Positions 11,248-21,800 of a stretch of DNA of 64,000 nucleotides are shown here, piece after piece. The DNA is from Methanobacteriota archaeon (GTDB lineage: Archaea > Methanobacteriota > Methanobacteria > Methanobacteriales > Methanobacteriaceae). How positions within the stretch are numbered: position 1 is the stretch's first letter; the number at the start of each line of letters is the position of its first letter. The notes below the pieces were generated by a model. It made no database searches, was not told the DNA's origin, and was given only the letters and a program-made list of their open reading frames with translations. The DNA lies in the NCBI GenBank assembly GCA_963787255.1, contig CAWBCJ010000029.1, forward strand, positions 544,001-608,000. Direction: 5' to 3'. The position numbers and the translations under genes were made by a program.

Positions 11248-12000
11248 TTAATATGAAATCCTTTCGGGGTGAGTGTAGATATTAAATCTATTTCCCCTTA
11301 CAAACCCAATTATTGTGACATTTGCTTCTTCACCAACCATGTAGCCTGAGGATGTAGGTGCAGATTTAGAGGCTATAATTGGTATTCCAACTCTTGCAAT
11401 CTTTATTATCATGTCTCCAGGCATTCTGCCGCTTGAAAACATGAAACTATTGGAAAAATCAATTCCCTGCAATTCTGCAGCTCCAACAACCTTATCTATG
11501 GCCACATGCCGGCTAACATCTTCAATGGCAATGAAATTATCTTCATTTACAATTGCTGCAATATGAGTTCCTCCGGTAGCACTCCATACTGTAGATCTTT
11601 CCCTTAAATTTTTGGATGCTTCCAGAATCATCTCTTTTGATATATTGTATTTTGATTCAACTTTTTTTGTTAAATCTATTTTGCTTCTCATTCCGCCGAA
11701 GCAATCAGAACTCATTACAAGTTCTCTTCGTAAATCAAAATCAGCAAGGTCAGTTTCAACTTTAATGGTTTTATTTTCAATTTCAAGTTTTGTTATATCG
11801 TCTTTAGAGCTTAATAATCCTTCACCAAGTAAATATCCGATCAAAAACTCTTTTAAGTGGCTTGGACTCATTGAAAAAGTTCCAATAACTGTTTTATTTA
11901 CTATAACTTTTATTTCCTGATCATCACTTATTATTTCTTCTATTTCAAGAGTTTCTTTGCCCACCCTTATTGCATTTACTTTTTTAACCATTTCTGGCAT
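11248..12000 (-). CDS. fdhD: Formate dehydrogenase accessory sulfurtransferase FdhD
   Basis: TGGTH.AA, EDVSRHVAIDKVVG, SSGRMPGDM, SKSAPT, GFVRG.RFNIYTHPER. Confidence 0.92.
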   Translation of the reverse strand: MPEMVKKVNAIRVGKETLEIEEIISDDQEIKVIVNKTVIGTFSMSPSHLKEFLIGYLLGEGLLSSKDDITKLEIENKTIKVETDLADFDLRRELVMSSDCFGGMRSKIDLTKKVESKYNISKEMILEASKNLRERSTVWSATGGTHIAAIVNEDNFIAIEDVSRHVAIDKVVGAAELQGIDFSNSFMFSSGRMPGDMIIKIARVGIPIIASKSAPTSSGYMVGEEANVTIIGFVRGNRFNIYTHPERISY

Positions 12001-12204
12001 GATTTTACCTCGCTGATTAGAGTTTTTATTCCAAAAATATTTATAGATATATTTAGATTATAGATTTTAGTAAATAAATTTATTTGAACAGTAATTTAAT
12101 TAAATGGCTGTTAAAATGCTTAAATTATTAAAATAGTATTAAATACTTATTTTTTTAATAAAAAATTGATTCTTAAGTTAAATCATTAAAAAAGTAAATT
12201 GGTG

Positions 12205-12546
12205 TTATTTTGACATGGGAGTAGTAGATGTTTCAGAACCTTCTACTATGTCATCAACCCAAGACATGGCTGCTGCAACGTTAGGATAACCTATGGTATT
12301 AGTTAAAATGAGCAGAGAATGATAAAGCTCTTCATCTGTAGCACCGTGCATCCTAGCCCTTCTTGCATGGCTGTGAACACCTCCTTCAGATCTTATGGCT
12401 GCAGAAGCTGCAAGCTGTATAAGATGACACTCTTTTTCATCTAAAGGCCCTATTTTCTTTGCCACACGACCTAATTCATCTAAAGCCTCTCCGTACTCTT
12501 TAAACCTTTTGGTAATGGTCTTATAATTATCTGGTAATTCATTCAT
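12205..12546 (-). CDS. Carboxymuconolactone decarboxylase (AhpD-like) family protein
   Basis: GPLDEK..LIQLA..A..RSEG.VHSH.RRA...GA..EE...TIG.P. Confidence 0.85.
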   Translation of the reverse strand: MNELPDNYKTITKRFKEYGEALDELGRVAKKIGPLDEKECHLIQLAASAAIRSEGGVHSHARRARMHGATDEELYHSLLILTNTIGYPNVAAAMSWVDDIVEGSETSTTPMSK

Positions 12547-12725
12547 GGTTTATCACCTTCAAGTTTTTAATATATAATTTAAATTATATATTACTATTTT
12601 TTTGATTAGATATTATTTTTACCGGATAAAATTTGAATGTAAGTTAAAAAAAAGTAAAAAAAATACTATTTTAAATATATAATCTGAAAAATTCGATGTA
12701 GTGGATTGTATTTAAATAACTTTAT

Positions 12726-13454
12726 TCAGTAAGTCTTTCCAATGGAACCGCTTTTAATGGTTATTTCTATTTTTTTACTTTCAAAATCCTTTAATTCGTC
12801 TCCTTTAAGTGAAGATAACATTCCAATGGAGGTATTTCGCACAAATGTTTGGACAAAAGGGTTCATTGGAATAGAAAGGCCGTCAATTTTAAGTTCAATA
12901 CTTCTTTCTTTTTTCATTGCACATGCGGTTTCAGCCACTTCTCCTTTAACCATTGCTTTTGCAAAATCCTTGCATCTACCATATCCACAATCACCACAAT
13001 TCATTTCAGGTAATCTACTATAACTACGTTCTTCTATCAAATCAACTAATGATTTAATTTCTTCATCTTTAATTTTAAATGGATCTACCTGTTTTATTAT
13101 ATAATCGTCATCCATTGAGGATACTGATATTTTGGCATAATTGGAATATTTAAATCCTTCAACTACAAGATAATCAAGTTTTTTCATGCACTCGACCATT
13201 GTAAGAATGTCATCTATCTCCAGACGTCCGTTTAAAAGGAAAAATGTTTCATCTCCTGAGCCAACTATAAGCTCTGCGCCGGCATCTTTATGTTTAAAAG
13301 TATCTCTACCTTCAACATCAAATTTTCCATGGATGTGTTTAACTGTTCCAACATTAAAACCACGATTTACAAGTTCTTCAACGATTTTAATGACTAGAGT
13401 AGTTTTTCCAGTATCTTTAGTTCCTACTACGCTAATAATTTTCATGAATAACAC
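12726..13454 (-). CDS. mobB: Molybdopterin-guanine dinucleotide biosynthesis protein MobB with C-terminal Fe-S domain
   Basis: VG.KDTGKTTL, TVKH.H..FD..G.DT..H, VEGFK; LP.MNCG.CGY..C Fe-S motif. Confidence 0.9.
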   Translation of the reverse strand: MLFMKIISVVGTKDTGKTTLVIKIVEELVNRGFNVGTVKHIHGKFDVEGRDTFKHKDAGAELIVGSGDETFFLLNGRLEIDDILTMVECMKKLDYLVVEGFKYSNYAKISVSSMDDDYIIKQVDPFKIKDEEIKSLVDLIEERSYSRLPEMNCGDCGYGRCKDFAKAMVKGEVAETACAMKKERSIELKIDGLSIPMNPFVQTFVRNTSIGMLSSLKGDELKDFESKKIEITIKSGSIGKTY

Positions 13455-13875
13455 CTTTTAAAAATAAACTATGATATTTATTTTAATTATTATTAATATT
13501 AAGTTATTCTTTTAAATGAAGTTATTGGAAGAGAATTCCATATGCATCCCGATTTTGTTATAACAATTCTTCACTATTATGCATAATTTATGTATTGAAA
13601 TGTTTGACTTAGAAACCATTATGTTTATACAGATATTGAAAAAGCGCTTAATTTGATAAAAATGGAGGATTCAATGACCTCACAAGAAGAAGAGAGATTA
13701 TTAAAAAGATGTCTTTCCAGAGAGATGGTAGATAAGATGAAAAATGGAATGTTTAATTCTTCGCAATAAATCTGATTGGGATTGATCTGGGTTTTATTTT
13801 TCTTACTTTCGATACGTTTATATATCCATATCGCATAGTAGATAACATCAAAATTAATGTAAGGAGTGATCAATT

Positions 13876-14067
13876 ATGCCAGTGATTATAGACACCGAAA
13901 AATGCGGGAAAATCGAAAACTGCCCTGGAGAAGGATTATGCATAAAGATATGTGAAAAAGGAGCGCTTATAGAAGAAAATGGGGATGTTGTTTTAGTCCC
14001 TGAAAACTGCGACGACTGTGATTTATGCATTCAAAACTGTCCAAATCAAGCAGTATCCAAGAGCTGA
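13876..14067 (+). CDS. Small [4Fe-4S] ferredoxin
   Basis: 63 aa; CDDCDLCIQNCP and an atypical CGKIENC...CIKIC motif; GGAGTGA RBS. Confidence 0.85.
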   Translation: MPVIIDTEKCGKIENCPGEGLCIKICEKGALIEENGDVVLVPENCDDCDLCIQNCPNQAVSKS

Positions 14068-14072
14068 TTGAA

Positions 14073-15083
14073 ATGGCATCTGTAAAGAGAAACGGTGACC
14101 AAAAACGTTCTTTAGAACATAAGAACGAAAAATGCGTGGGATGCGGCATTTGCTCAGATATATGTCCTACAGAATCTATTAGATTAGGGCCAGTCCTTCC
14201 AATAGCGAGAGGACTTGTAAAAATGGATTACATAAATTTAAATAAAGACAAATGCGTTTTATGCGGTCTTTGCGCTTCTGCATGTCCTTTTGATGCATTA
14301 GAATGTAAGATAGACGATAAGGACATTAAAGAAATGGAAGAGTACCCAAAGTGGGAGCACGAAGCGAAAATTGATGAAGAAGCATGCATATACTGTGGAA
14401 ATTGCGTAAAAGCCTGCCCAAGCGATGCCATTTACATGAGCAAGACAATGCCTGAAAGATCAAGCCTTGTAATGGGCGAAGCAGATATAGACCAAGAAAA
14501 ATGTATATACTGCGGAATGTGCGAGGAAATATGTCCTGCTGAAGCTATATCCATAGAATCAAGCGATTTAACTTCAAGCAATCCAGAAATAGCAAAAGGA
14601 ATCAGTATTGATGAATCAAAATGTGTTTACTGCGGTCTTTGTAAACGTATATGTCCAGAAGATGCAGTAAGAGTTGTATGTACTACATGTATGTACAGAG
14701 ACGATATACCTGAGCCTGAAATTACTGGAGATATAGTTTTAGACGAGGAAGATTGTGTAAACTGCGGTTGGTGCCAGGAAATATGTCCAACAGATGCTGT
14801 AGTGGTGACAAAACCATTTGAAGGTGAGATATATCTGGGCGAGGATGCAGAATGTAAAGGGGATTCCTGCCATGCATGCAAGGATGTGTGCCCATGTAAC
14901 GCTGTAAGCATCGTTGATAATAAATCGACCATAAATTCTGACTTATGTGTATTGTGCGGTGCATGTAAAAAAGCATGTCCTCAAAAATGTATCGTTATTA
15001 AGCGAGAAAAGATAAACCTTAATAATATACGTTCTAAATCATGGGAAAAGCGTCTTTCCACGTTGATGGATGAAAATGCGTAA
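14073..15083 (+). CDS. fwdF: FwdF-like polyferredoxin (second paralogue)
   Basis: Eight CxxCxxCxxxCP-type motifs, colinear with FwdF at 36986..38098 (R.L....E.C.GCGIC..ICP...I.LGP; KPFEGEI; SK.W). Start likely MASVKR at 14073. Confidence 0.85.
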   Translation: MASVKRNGDQKRSLEHKNEKCVGCGICSDICPTESIRLGPVLPIARGLVKMDYINLNKDKCVLCGLCASACPFDALECKIDDKDIKEMEEYPKWEHEAKIDEEACIYCGNCVKACPSDAIYMSKTMPERSSLVMGEADIDQEKCIYCGMCEEICPAEAISIESSDLTSSNPEIAKGISIDESKCVYCGLCKRICPEDAVRVVCTTCMYRDDIPEPEITGDIVLDEEDCVNCGWCQEICPTDAVVVTKPFEGEIYLGEDAECKGDSCHACKDVCPCNAVSIVDNKSTINSDLCVLCGACKKACPQKCIVIKREKINLNNIRSKSWEKRLSTLMDENA

Positions 15084-15156
15084 TATTTTGTCTATTTCTT
15101 TTTTTCTTTTTTTTAGAAAAATGATTTAAAACTTAAAATAAAAAAAAGAATTGATG

Positions 15157-15366
15157 TTATTTTTTCGCAACCATAACTTCACTGGCTTTAATTACTGCAA
15201 AGACTTCGTCTCCTTCTTTAAGACCTAAATCTTCAACAGCTTCCTTGGTTATACTTGCAGTTACTGTTTCAGGGGAGTCTAATTTTATTTTTATTGAGGA
15301 ACTTACAGGACCTTTATCAACCTTTTCAATTTTTCCTTTAAGGATATTTCTTGCACTTATTTTCAT
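15157..15366 (-). CDS. Mop/TOBE molybdate-tungstate-binding protein
   Basis: MKISARNILKG...TASIT.EAV.DLGLKEGD.V.AVIKASEVM. Confidence 0.93.
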   Translation of the reverse strand: MKISARNILKGKIEKVDKGPVSSSIKIKLDSPETVTASITKEAVEDLGLKEGDEVFAVIKASEVMVAKK

Positions 15367-15771
15367 AATATCACCGTTACTAATATAAGTTGATAATACT
15401 AAATAAACTCTTTGTTATTATTATTTGAAATATCTCATTTTAAATTTCAAATTTTGCACAAAGTATTTATAGTACGATATGTGATACTATGCATTACGGT
15501 TCCACACAAACTGAGGTCTATAAATGATTTCGGTTTCAATTATTTAATTTCATTGTTTACCAAAAACTTCCGGAGTCCAGTTGAGTCCCATCTATTCGGG
15601 CTTCGGCTTTTTATTTTTTTCATTTTAAAAATGAATAATATTTCAGATATTATAAAATAAATGAAGTATTGTATGAAATTGAATTTATGCTCCCTTAATG
15701 ACTTTAAAGGAAGCATTAATTCAAATTTTCATGCATACGCCTACCAAATAACGGATGAAAAAATAGTAGCC

Positions 15772-15791
15772 GTTATGTATCTATATATAAC
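15772..15791. promoter_or_regulatory. ModE-box-like imperfect palindrome upstream of tupA
   Basis: GTTATGTA-TCTA-TATATAAC, ~95 bp before tupA; resembles ModE half-sites but with a shorter spacer. Confidence 0.4.
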
Positions 15792-15887
15792 TCGTTTAAT
15801 ATACTTTTCTATTTTTATCAAGACGACACGATTATATACATAATTCAACAAATATTACTAATAAGAAAACAGGAGGTAGGATATATA

Positions 15888-16814
15888 ATGAATACCCGAA
15901 ATATTGCAATTATTGCAATTATAATAATAATTATTGCAGCAGTAGGAATATACGCCTATTCTGCAATAAGTAACAGTCCAGATACCTCTAAACTTAGAAT
16001 ATCTACAACTACAAGTTTAGATGATACTGGATTATTAAAGGAGTTAGAAGCGGCATATGAGAAAAAATACCCTGGAGTGGACGTTCAAGTTGTATCTGGA
16101 GGAACAGGTATAGCCATACAGTACGGTGAAAGAGGAGACGTAGACCTCATGCTTGTCCACGATAAAAATAGGGAAACAAAATTTGTTAGCGACGGGTTTG
16201 GTACAAATCGTACAGAATTCGCTTACAACTACTTCTGGATAGTAGGTCCAGCAAGCGACCCTGCAGGCATTAAAGGAATGAACGCTACAGAAGCATTTAA
16301 AACAATAGCTCAACAGGGACAGACAAATCCTAATGTTATATTCGTATCACGTGGAGATGCATCAGGTACAAATGCAAGAGAATTACAGATATGGAAATCA
16401 GCAGGAATAGACATCAATAAAACCAAAAATTCAAGCTCATGGTACATAGAAAGCGGTAAAGGTATGGGAGATACTTTAATAATTGCCAATGAGAAGCAAG
16501 CATACACCTTAAGTGATTCTGGAACATTCCTGTCATTTTCTAAAGATGCTAAAATAACACTGGTGGCACTAGTTACAACAGGAAAAGAACTTTTAAACAT
16601 TTACACTGCAATACCCGTTAACCCACAGAAACATCCAAAAACAAACATAGAAGGGGCAAACAACTTTGTAAACTTCTTGGTTTCACCAGAAGGACAGCAA
16701 ATAATTGGTAACTACGGTAAAGGAACAGTCGGCCAGCCACTATTTACACCAATACCAACCAATCCAATACCTGCACTAATTACCCCATTAGTAATTAATT
16801 CAGTCCCTGCATAA
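15888..16814 (+). CDS. tupA: Tungstate ABC transporter substrate-binding protein
   Basis: N-terminal anchor, diagnostic TTTS..DTGLL, GTG.A..GE.GD.D..LVH, SRGD.SGT. Confidence 0.92.
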   Translation: MNTRNIAIIAIIIIIIAAVGIYAYSAISNSPDTSKLRISTTTSLDDTGLLKELEAAYEKKYPGVDVQVVSGGTGIAIQYGERGDVDLMLVHDKNRETKFVSDGFGTNRTEFAYNYFWIVGPASDPAGIKGMNATEAFKTIAQQGQTNPNVIFVSRGDASGTNARELQIWKSAGIDINKTKNSSSWYIESGKGMGDTLIIANEKQAYTLSDSGTFLSFSKDAKITLVALVTTGKELLNIYTAIPVNPQKHPKTNIEGANNFVNFLVSPEGQQIIGNYGKGTVGQPLFTPIPTNPIPALITPLVINSVPA

Positions 16815-16933
16815 TCAGGGGCTAATTCCTTATTTTTTTAATGTATTTAGAAACTTTCTTGACATGCAAAAAATACTTCTACGAAAAAATCCTATTAAAA
16901 TATTGAAAATAGTATCATTTTTTTGGTGATCAA

Positions 16934-17626
16934 GTGGCGAATGAAATTATCGGGGCAATTGAACAGGCAATATACTTAATAGTCTCGTTAAATCCAGAAT
17001 TAATTGAGATAACAATAAGAAGCCTTTACATTTCACTTTCAGCTACTTTGATAGCTTCTTTAATAGCCATCCCCATTGGTGGAATGATTTACTACTATGA
17101 ATTTCACGGTAAACGTACAATAATTAATCTAATTCAAACGCTTTACAGCGTTCCTACAGTTATAATTGGACTTTTTCTTTTTCTGTTGATTTCTCAACAG
17201 GGCCCTCTTGGAAATTTGGACCTTCTTTTCACCCCTACAGGTATGATAATAGGTCAGGTGTTGTTAATACTACCTATTCTTATAGGATTTACAATCACGG
17301 CCCTTATAGGCGTTAGCGGCCAGATAAAAGAGTTGGCAATATCTCTTGGTGCTAGTGCCTCCCAGACCATAATTACCATTATAAAAGAAGCGCGTTATGC
17401 CATAATGGGGGCAGTTATACTTGGTTTTGGAAGGGCTATCTCGGAGGTAGGAGTAGCTATACTCATAGGGGGTAATATAAGGGGTTTTACAAGGGTGTTT
17501 ACCACAACAATATCTCTTGAAACTTCTAAGGGCAATATAGTACTTTCAATAGCTTTAGGATTTATACTGCTTTCCATTGCTCTTGTTATTAATCTGATAC
17601 TGAACTATTTGCAGGGTAGAGAGTGA
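16934..17626 (+). CDS. tupB: Tungstate ABC transporter permease
   Basis: GPLG.L.LLFTP, FGRAISEVG....GGNI.G.TRV.TT.I.LET. Confidence 0.92.
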   Translation: MANEIIGAIEQAIYLIVSLNPELIEITIRSLYISLSATLIASLIAIPIGGMIYYYEFHGKRTIINLIQTLYSVPTVIIGLFLFLLISQQGPLGNLDLLFTPTGMIIGQVLLILPILIGFTITALIGVSGQIKELAISLGASASQTIITIIKEARYAIMGAVILGFGRAISEVGVAILIGGNIRGFTRVFTTTISLETSKGNIVLSIALGFILLSIALVINLILNYLQGRE

Positions 17627-18693
17627 ATATAATGAACATAGTGGAACTGGAAAATATCTACAAAAATTACGGGGATCTGCAGGTATTAAAGGATATAAAT
17701 TTGAAAATTAAAAAAGGGACCAGCACCGCACTTGTAGGTCCTACTGGTTCTGGTAAAACGGTTCTGCTTAGATTAATTGATTTACTGGAAAAACCTTCCT
17801 CTGGAACAGTTTATTTTGAAGGTACTGATGCAAATGAATCCAATAAAAGACGTTTAGAGATAAGAAGGCAAATGGGAATGGTTTTTCAAAAACCACTTGC
17901 TTTTAGGGGCAACGTTTACGATAATGTGGCGTTTGGTTTAAAAATAAGGGGCAAAACAAAGGATATGGATAAAAAGATTAAAGATATCCTTGAAGTTATT
18001 GGTCTTGCAGGTTATGAAAAAAGAAATGCACTTAAATTATCCGGAGGAGAAACACAGAGACTTGCACTTGCACGTGTAATGATTACAGATCCTAAAATAC
18101 TTCTTCTGGATGAACCAACTGCAAATCTCGACCCTTTATCTACTGGTAAAATGGAAGAATTAATTACTAAAATCAACAATGAAACTGAAACTACTATCCT
18201 GATGACTACACATAACCTTTCCCAAGGCCAGAAACTTGGAGATAGAATGGTTATACTAAATAATGGTCATATTTTTCAGACTGGAACACCAGATGAAATA
18301 TTTAGAAAGCCAAAGGATAAATTTGTGGCCGATTTTATTGGAATTGAAAATGTAATGACCGGGAAAGTTATTGATAGCAAAAATGATTTGGTCAGCATAA
18401 AAACAGATTCAATTACTATATTTGCAGTAACTGAAAAAAGGGGAAATGTAAATCTTAGCATAAGGCCCGATGAGATTACAATATCCAATGAAAAAATTGA
18501 AACAAGCGCAAGAAATAATATCCAAGGTAAAATTCAAGAAATAATCGATACAGGATCACTTATAAGTCTCATTATAAACGCTGGAGAGTTATTCATTGTG
18601 TATATAACACGTGAATCCCTTAAAGATCTTGTAATTACTATAGGGGCTCCAGTATGGATGCATTTCAAGGCTTCTGCTGTTCATGTTTTTTAA
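17623..18693 (+). CDS. tupC: Tungstate ABC transporter ATPase with TOBE domain
   Basis: GPTGSGKT, LSGGE, LLDEPTANLD, C-terminal TSARN...FKASAV. Confidence 0.9.
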   Translation: MNIMNIVELENIYKNYGDLQVLKDINLKIKKGTSTALVGPTGSGKTVLLRLIDLLEKPSSGTVYFEGTDANESNKRRLEIRRQMGMVFQKPLAFRGNVYDNVAFGLKIRGKTKDMDKKIKDILEVIGLAGYEKRNALKLSGGETQRLALARVMITDPKILLLDEPTANLDPLSTGKMEELITKINNETETTILMTTHNLSQGQKLGDRMVILNNGHIFQTGTPDEIFRKPKDKFVADFIGIENVMTGKVIDSKNDLVSIKTDSITIFAVTEKRGNVNLSIRPDEITISNEKIETSARNNIQGKIQEIIDTGSLISLIINAGELFIVYITRESLKDLVITIGAPVWMHFKASAVHVF

Positions 18694-18704
18694 ATCATGA
18701 AATA

Positions 18705-19820
18705 TTATTCTAATTCTGCTTTAGGAAATATTTTTTTCATAAAAAAATGAGTAAATATTCCTGCAACAAATCCCACCGCCATATTTACTAGAAGTGAACC
18801 TGCCACAGTAACAATAAGAGGAATAATAGAAGCTTCAATTTTAAGGTCTTTGGCGAATTTTAATAATCCAATACTTACCATGATCATCATAGCTCCAATT
18901 ATTGCACCGGGAAATCCTTTAAAAAGAACCACAATAGAACCTGCAAAGAAAAGACCCAAAATAATGTAAATTAATCCTTCCATGATATTTGCACCGCCAG
19001 TTCTCGCTCCAAAGAAGTATTGGCCTGCAAGACCTCCTGCGCCATGACATAAGGGCATACCTCCAAAAAATGGCAATGTTATATTCATAAAACCAATACT
19101 TAAAGCAATTTTCTTTTCTGGAACTACTCTTTCAGGGAAATATTCTTTTATAAGAATAGCAGTTGCTATCACCGCATTTGTGGCAGTTAGGGGTATTTGA
19201 GCAAAACCTATAGCAACAATAGATTCCCAAATTTGATTTAGTGAGAAACTAACTGGATGGGGGATGGTTAGTTGGGGTCCTCCAATGGAAAGAAGTGTAC
19301 CTTGAAAGAACATTATAATAATGCCCATTAGAAGTAAGATAATTGCCGCTGGAGCATATCTATTGTTTCGAAGAGCTAAAATTATGATAATGCTTATAAT
19401 AACTAATATCCATCCTCCTTGAATAAATTTAAGAGCTTCAATTGCAAGTAACAAAGCCAATGATGCTTGAATGCCCTGCACTACTGATTTAGGAGTTATT
19501 TTGGCAAACCATGTCATTAAACCTGTAGCTCCAATAAACAGCCAGATTATTCCCATTCCAATCCCTGAAGCATATATTAATGACGGCTGCCAGCTGGATG
19601 CTATTGCAAAAACCGCCAGAGCCTTCATAGGTTCAATAGGCATGGGAATTTTAAAATATAAACCTGTGGCAATATTTGCAATACCCATCATAACCAGAAA
19701 TCCGGTAGGATCTAAACCACAAACTACAATATAACCTATAGCTAAAGGAAGAAGAGTCCCATAATCTCCGGTAGCTCCAGCAAGTTCCTGTAAATTGAAT
19801 CTGTAATCTCCAAATTTCAT
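18705..19820 (-). CDS. MOT1-family molybdate/sulfate transporter
   Basis: ELAGA.GD.GT.LP, P.PIEPMKA.A, AQIPLT..NAVIAT, GGMPLCHGAGGLAGQY.FGARTGG. Confidence 0.88.
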   Translation of the reverse strand: MKFGDYRFNLQELAGATGDYGTLLPLAIGYIVVCGLDPTGFLVMMGIANIATGLYFKIPMPIEPMKALAVFAIASSWQPSLIYASGIGMGIIWLFIGATGLMTWFAKITPKSVVQGIQASLALLLAIEALKFIQGGWILVIISIIIILALRNNRYAPAAIILLLMGIIIMFFQGTLLSIGGPQLTIPHPVSFSLNQIWESIVAIGFAQIPLTATNAVIATAILIKEYFPERVVPEKKIALSIGFMNITLPFFGGMPLCHGAGGLAGQYFFGARTGGANIMEGLIYIILGLFFAGSIVVLFKGFPGAIIGAMMIMVSIGLLKFAKDLKIEASIIPLIVTVAGSLLVNMAVGFVAGIFTHFFMKKIFPKAELE

Positions 19821-19961
19821 AAAGATAAAACCATATTATACTATAAGAAAAATATTTAATACAATTTATCTGGACATGTATATAAAAACATGTTGAATAA
19901 AAAATAATAAGTTATATTATTCAAAAAATGCATTTTTATTATAATAAAAATGATGATTTAC

Positions 19962-20742
19962 TTATATTTTTAAAGGAATGCAAGCAGTTCTATGATCCAT
20001 ATCCACAATTTTTACCTTAATTCCGTAAGCTTTTTCCATATTTTCTTCAGTAATAACCTCTTCTGGAGTACCAATATCTATAAACTCAGTCCCCTTCATT
20101 ATCGCCACCTTATTTGCAGAAATAAATGCATGATCAGGAAAATGAGAAGACATTACTACAGAAAGACCGTCATCTGCTAATTTTTCTATAATATTCAAAG
20201 TACGTATCTGATTTCCAAAATCAAGGTGTGAAGTAGGCTCATCTAATAAGTAAGACACTAGGTTCTTGGGTTAATACTCTTGCAATGAAAACAAGTTGTT
20301 GTTCTCCTCCACTAATCTCAGTGTAAGGTTTATCTTTCATATGATACATATTAAGAGATTTTAAAGCTCCTTCTGCTATCTTAACGTCTTTTTTTGAAGG
20401 AGAAGAAAATGTATCAATATGCGGCGCTCTTCCCATTAATACAACATCTAAAATAGTAAAAGGAAACGTAGAATTATGCATCTGTGGAATATAACCCATA
20501 TTTTTAGCTATTTCAGAATGATTCAAAGAATAGATATCCTGCCCATTCTAAAAGGACATTGCCCTGAATTTAATTTCATTAGACCATTTAAACATTTAAT
20601 CAAAGTTGTCTTTACCAGTACCATTAGCTCCTAAAATGCAGAAAACATCTCCTTTTTCGACTTCAAAGTTAATATCTTCAAAAATATTATCATACTGGTT
20701 ATAGGAAAATGTTCCATCTATCATTTCCATTAAATGCCTCAT
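19962..20742 (-). CDS. Type II (FecE/BtuD/MolC-like) ABC ATPase, broken by frameshifts
   Basis: Joined pieces: DVFCILGANGTGK..., GYIPQ, ISGGEQQLV.IAR, LLDEPTSHLDFGNQ, SSHFPDHA; start overlaps the permease stop (ATGA). Confidence 0.85.
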
Positions 20743-21777
20743 GACCACACTTCCTTGCTTTTCATCAGGAGATATAAAAAGAACGGTGCGCCTATTATGG
20801 CAGTTAGAATTCCGAGGGGAATTTCAGTGGTTGTAAATGTTCTAGCAACATTATCAATTAAAAGAAGGAAAAATGCCCCTAAAATAATGCTCGCTGGTAA
20901 AAGTACTTTATGATCGGGACCTACAATCATCCTAGCAACATGAGGTATTACTAATCCGACCCATCCAATAATACCGCATATACTAACTGCTGAAGCTGTA
21001 ACAATGGTGCAGCAGATAATTATAATTGCTTGTAATCTTTTTGTATTTACTCCTAAGTGTCTGGGCTTCTTCTTCACCCATAGAAAGAACATTTATCCGC
21101 CATCGCACCATTAAAAGGATAAATGTTCCTATAAATATCGGGATGCCCATTATAATTATGTCCTGATTATTTACTGCTGCAAGACTTCCCATAAGCCAGA
21201 AAACAATGGTTTGAAGCTGTCCATAGGGATCTGCAACATATTTTATTAGAGAAAGTAATGCAGCAAAAAATGATGCAATGGCAATGCCGCATAAAACCAG
21301 AGTAAGCATTGATGTTCCCTTAAAAGCTCTTCCTAAAAAGTAAGTTAGTCCAACAGCTATTAAACCCCAGAAAAATGCTGAAAACTGTATCATGAACACA
21401 CTGGCTGAAAAAAGGATTGCCAGAGCCGCACCGAAACCTGCACCCGCTGAAACACCGAGTTTATCCGGAGAAACCAACGGATTCTGGAACAATCCCTGAA
21501 AAGCAGCCCCTGCAATTGATAAAGATGCACCTATCATCATAGCTGCCAGTATTCGAGGCAGTCGTATATCAAAAATGATTGTATTTACAGTAGCAGGTAA
21601 TGTGGAGTTAATAAAAAATAATTTGGACATTAAAGCCATTATCACTTCATTTGGAGATACAGGATACCTACCAACTAGAAATGAAATAAAAAATAGAAGA
21701 ATCAGGGGAATTAGCATTAATGCAGTCACTGATATTTCATGAGACGTAATTTTATCCCTGATTTTCAATTTAAACAA
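20739..21777 (-). CDS. FecCD/BtuC-family ABC permease (frameshift near 21060)
   Basis: IRLPRI..A..IGA.L..AG..FQ.LF.NPLVSP..LGVS.GA; G.IGWVGLVIPH.AR..VG.DH; EIPLGILTA.IGAPFF. Confidence 0.9.
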
Positions 21778-21800
21778 CTATTATTCACCACTGGATTATT

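Noticed and set aside
13527-13539. GGAA-GAGAA-TTCC upstream of mobB as an NrpR operator
   Set aside because: The spacer is 5 nt, not the required 6, and there is no nitrogen-related context
15490-15610. Moco/Tuco riboswitch call
   Set aside because: I could not find the conserved consensus elements by eye on either strand; kept only as an unassigned candidate region
15412-15843. ORFs 15412..15660 and 15661..15843
   Set aside because: AT-rich intergenic frames with no RBS or recognisable motifs
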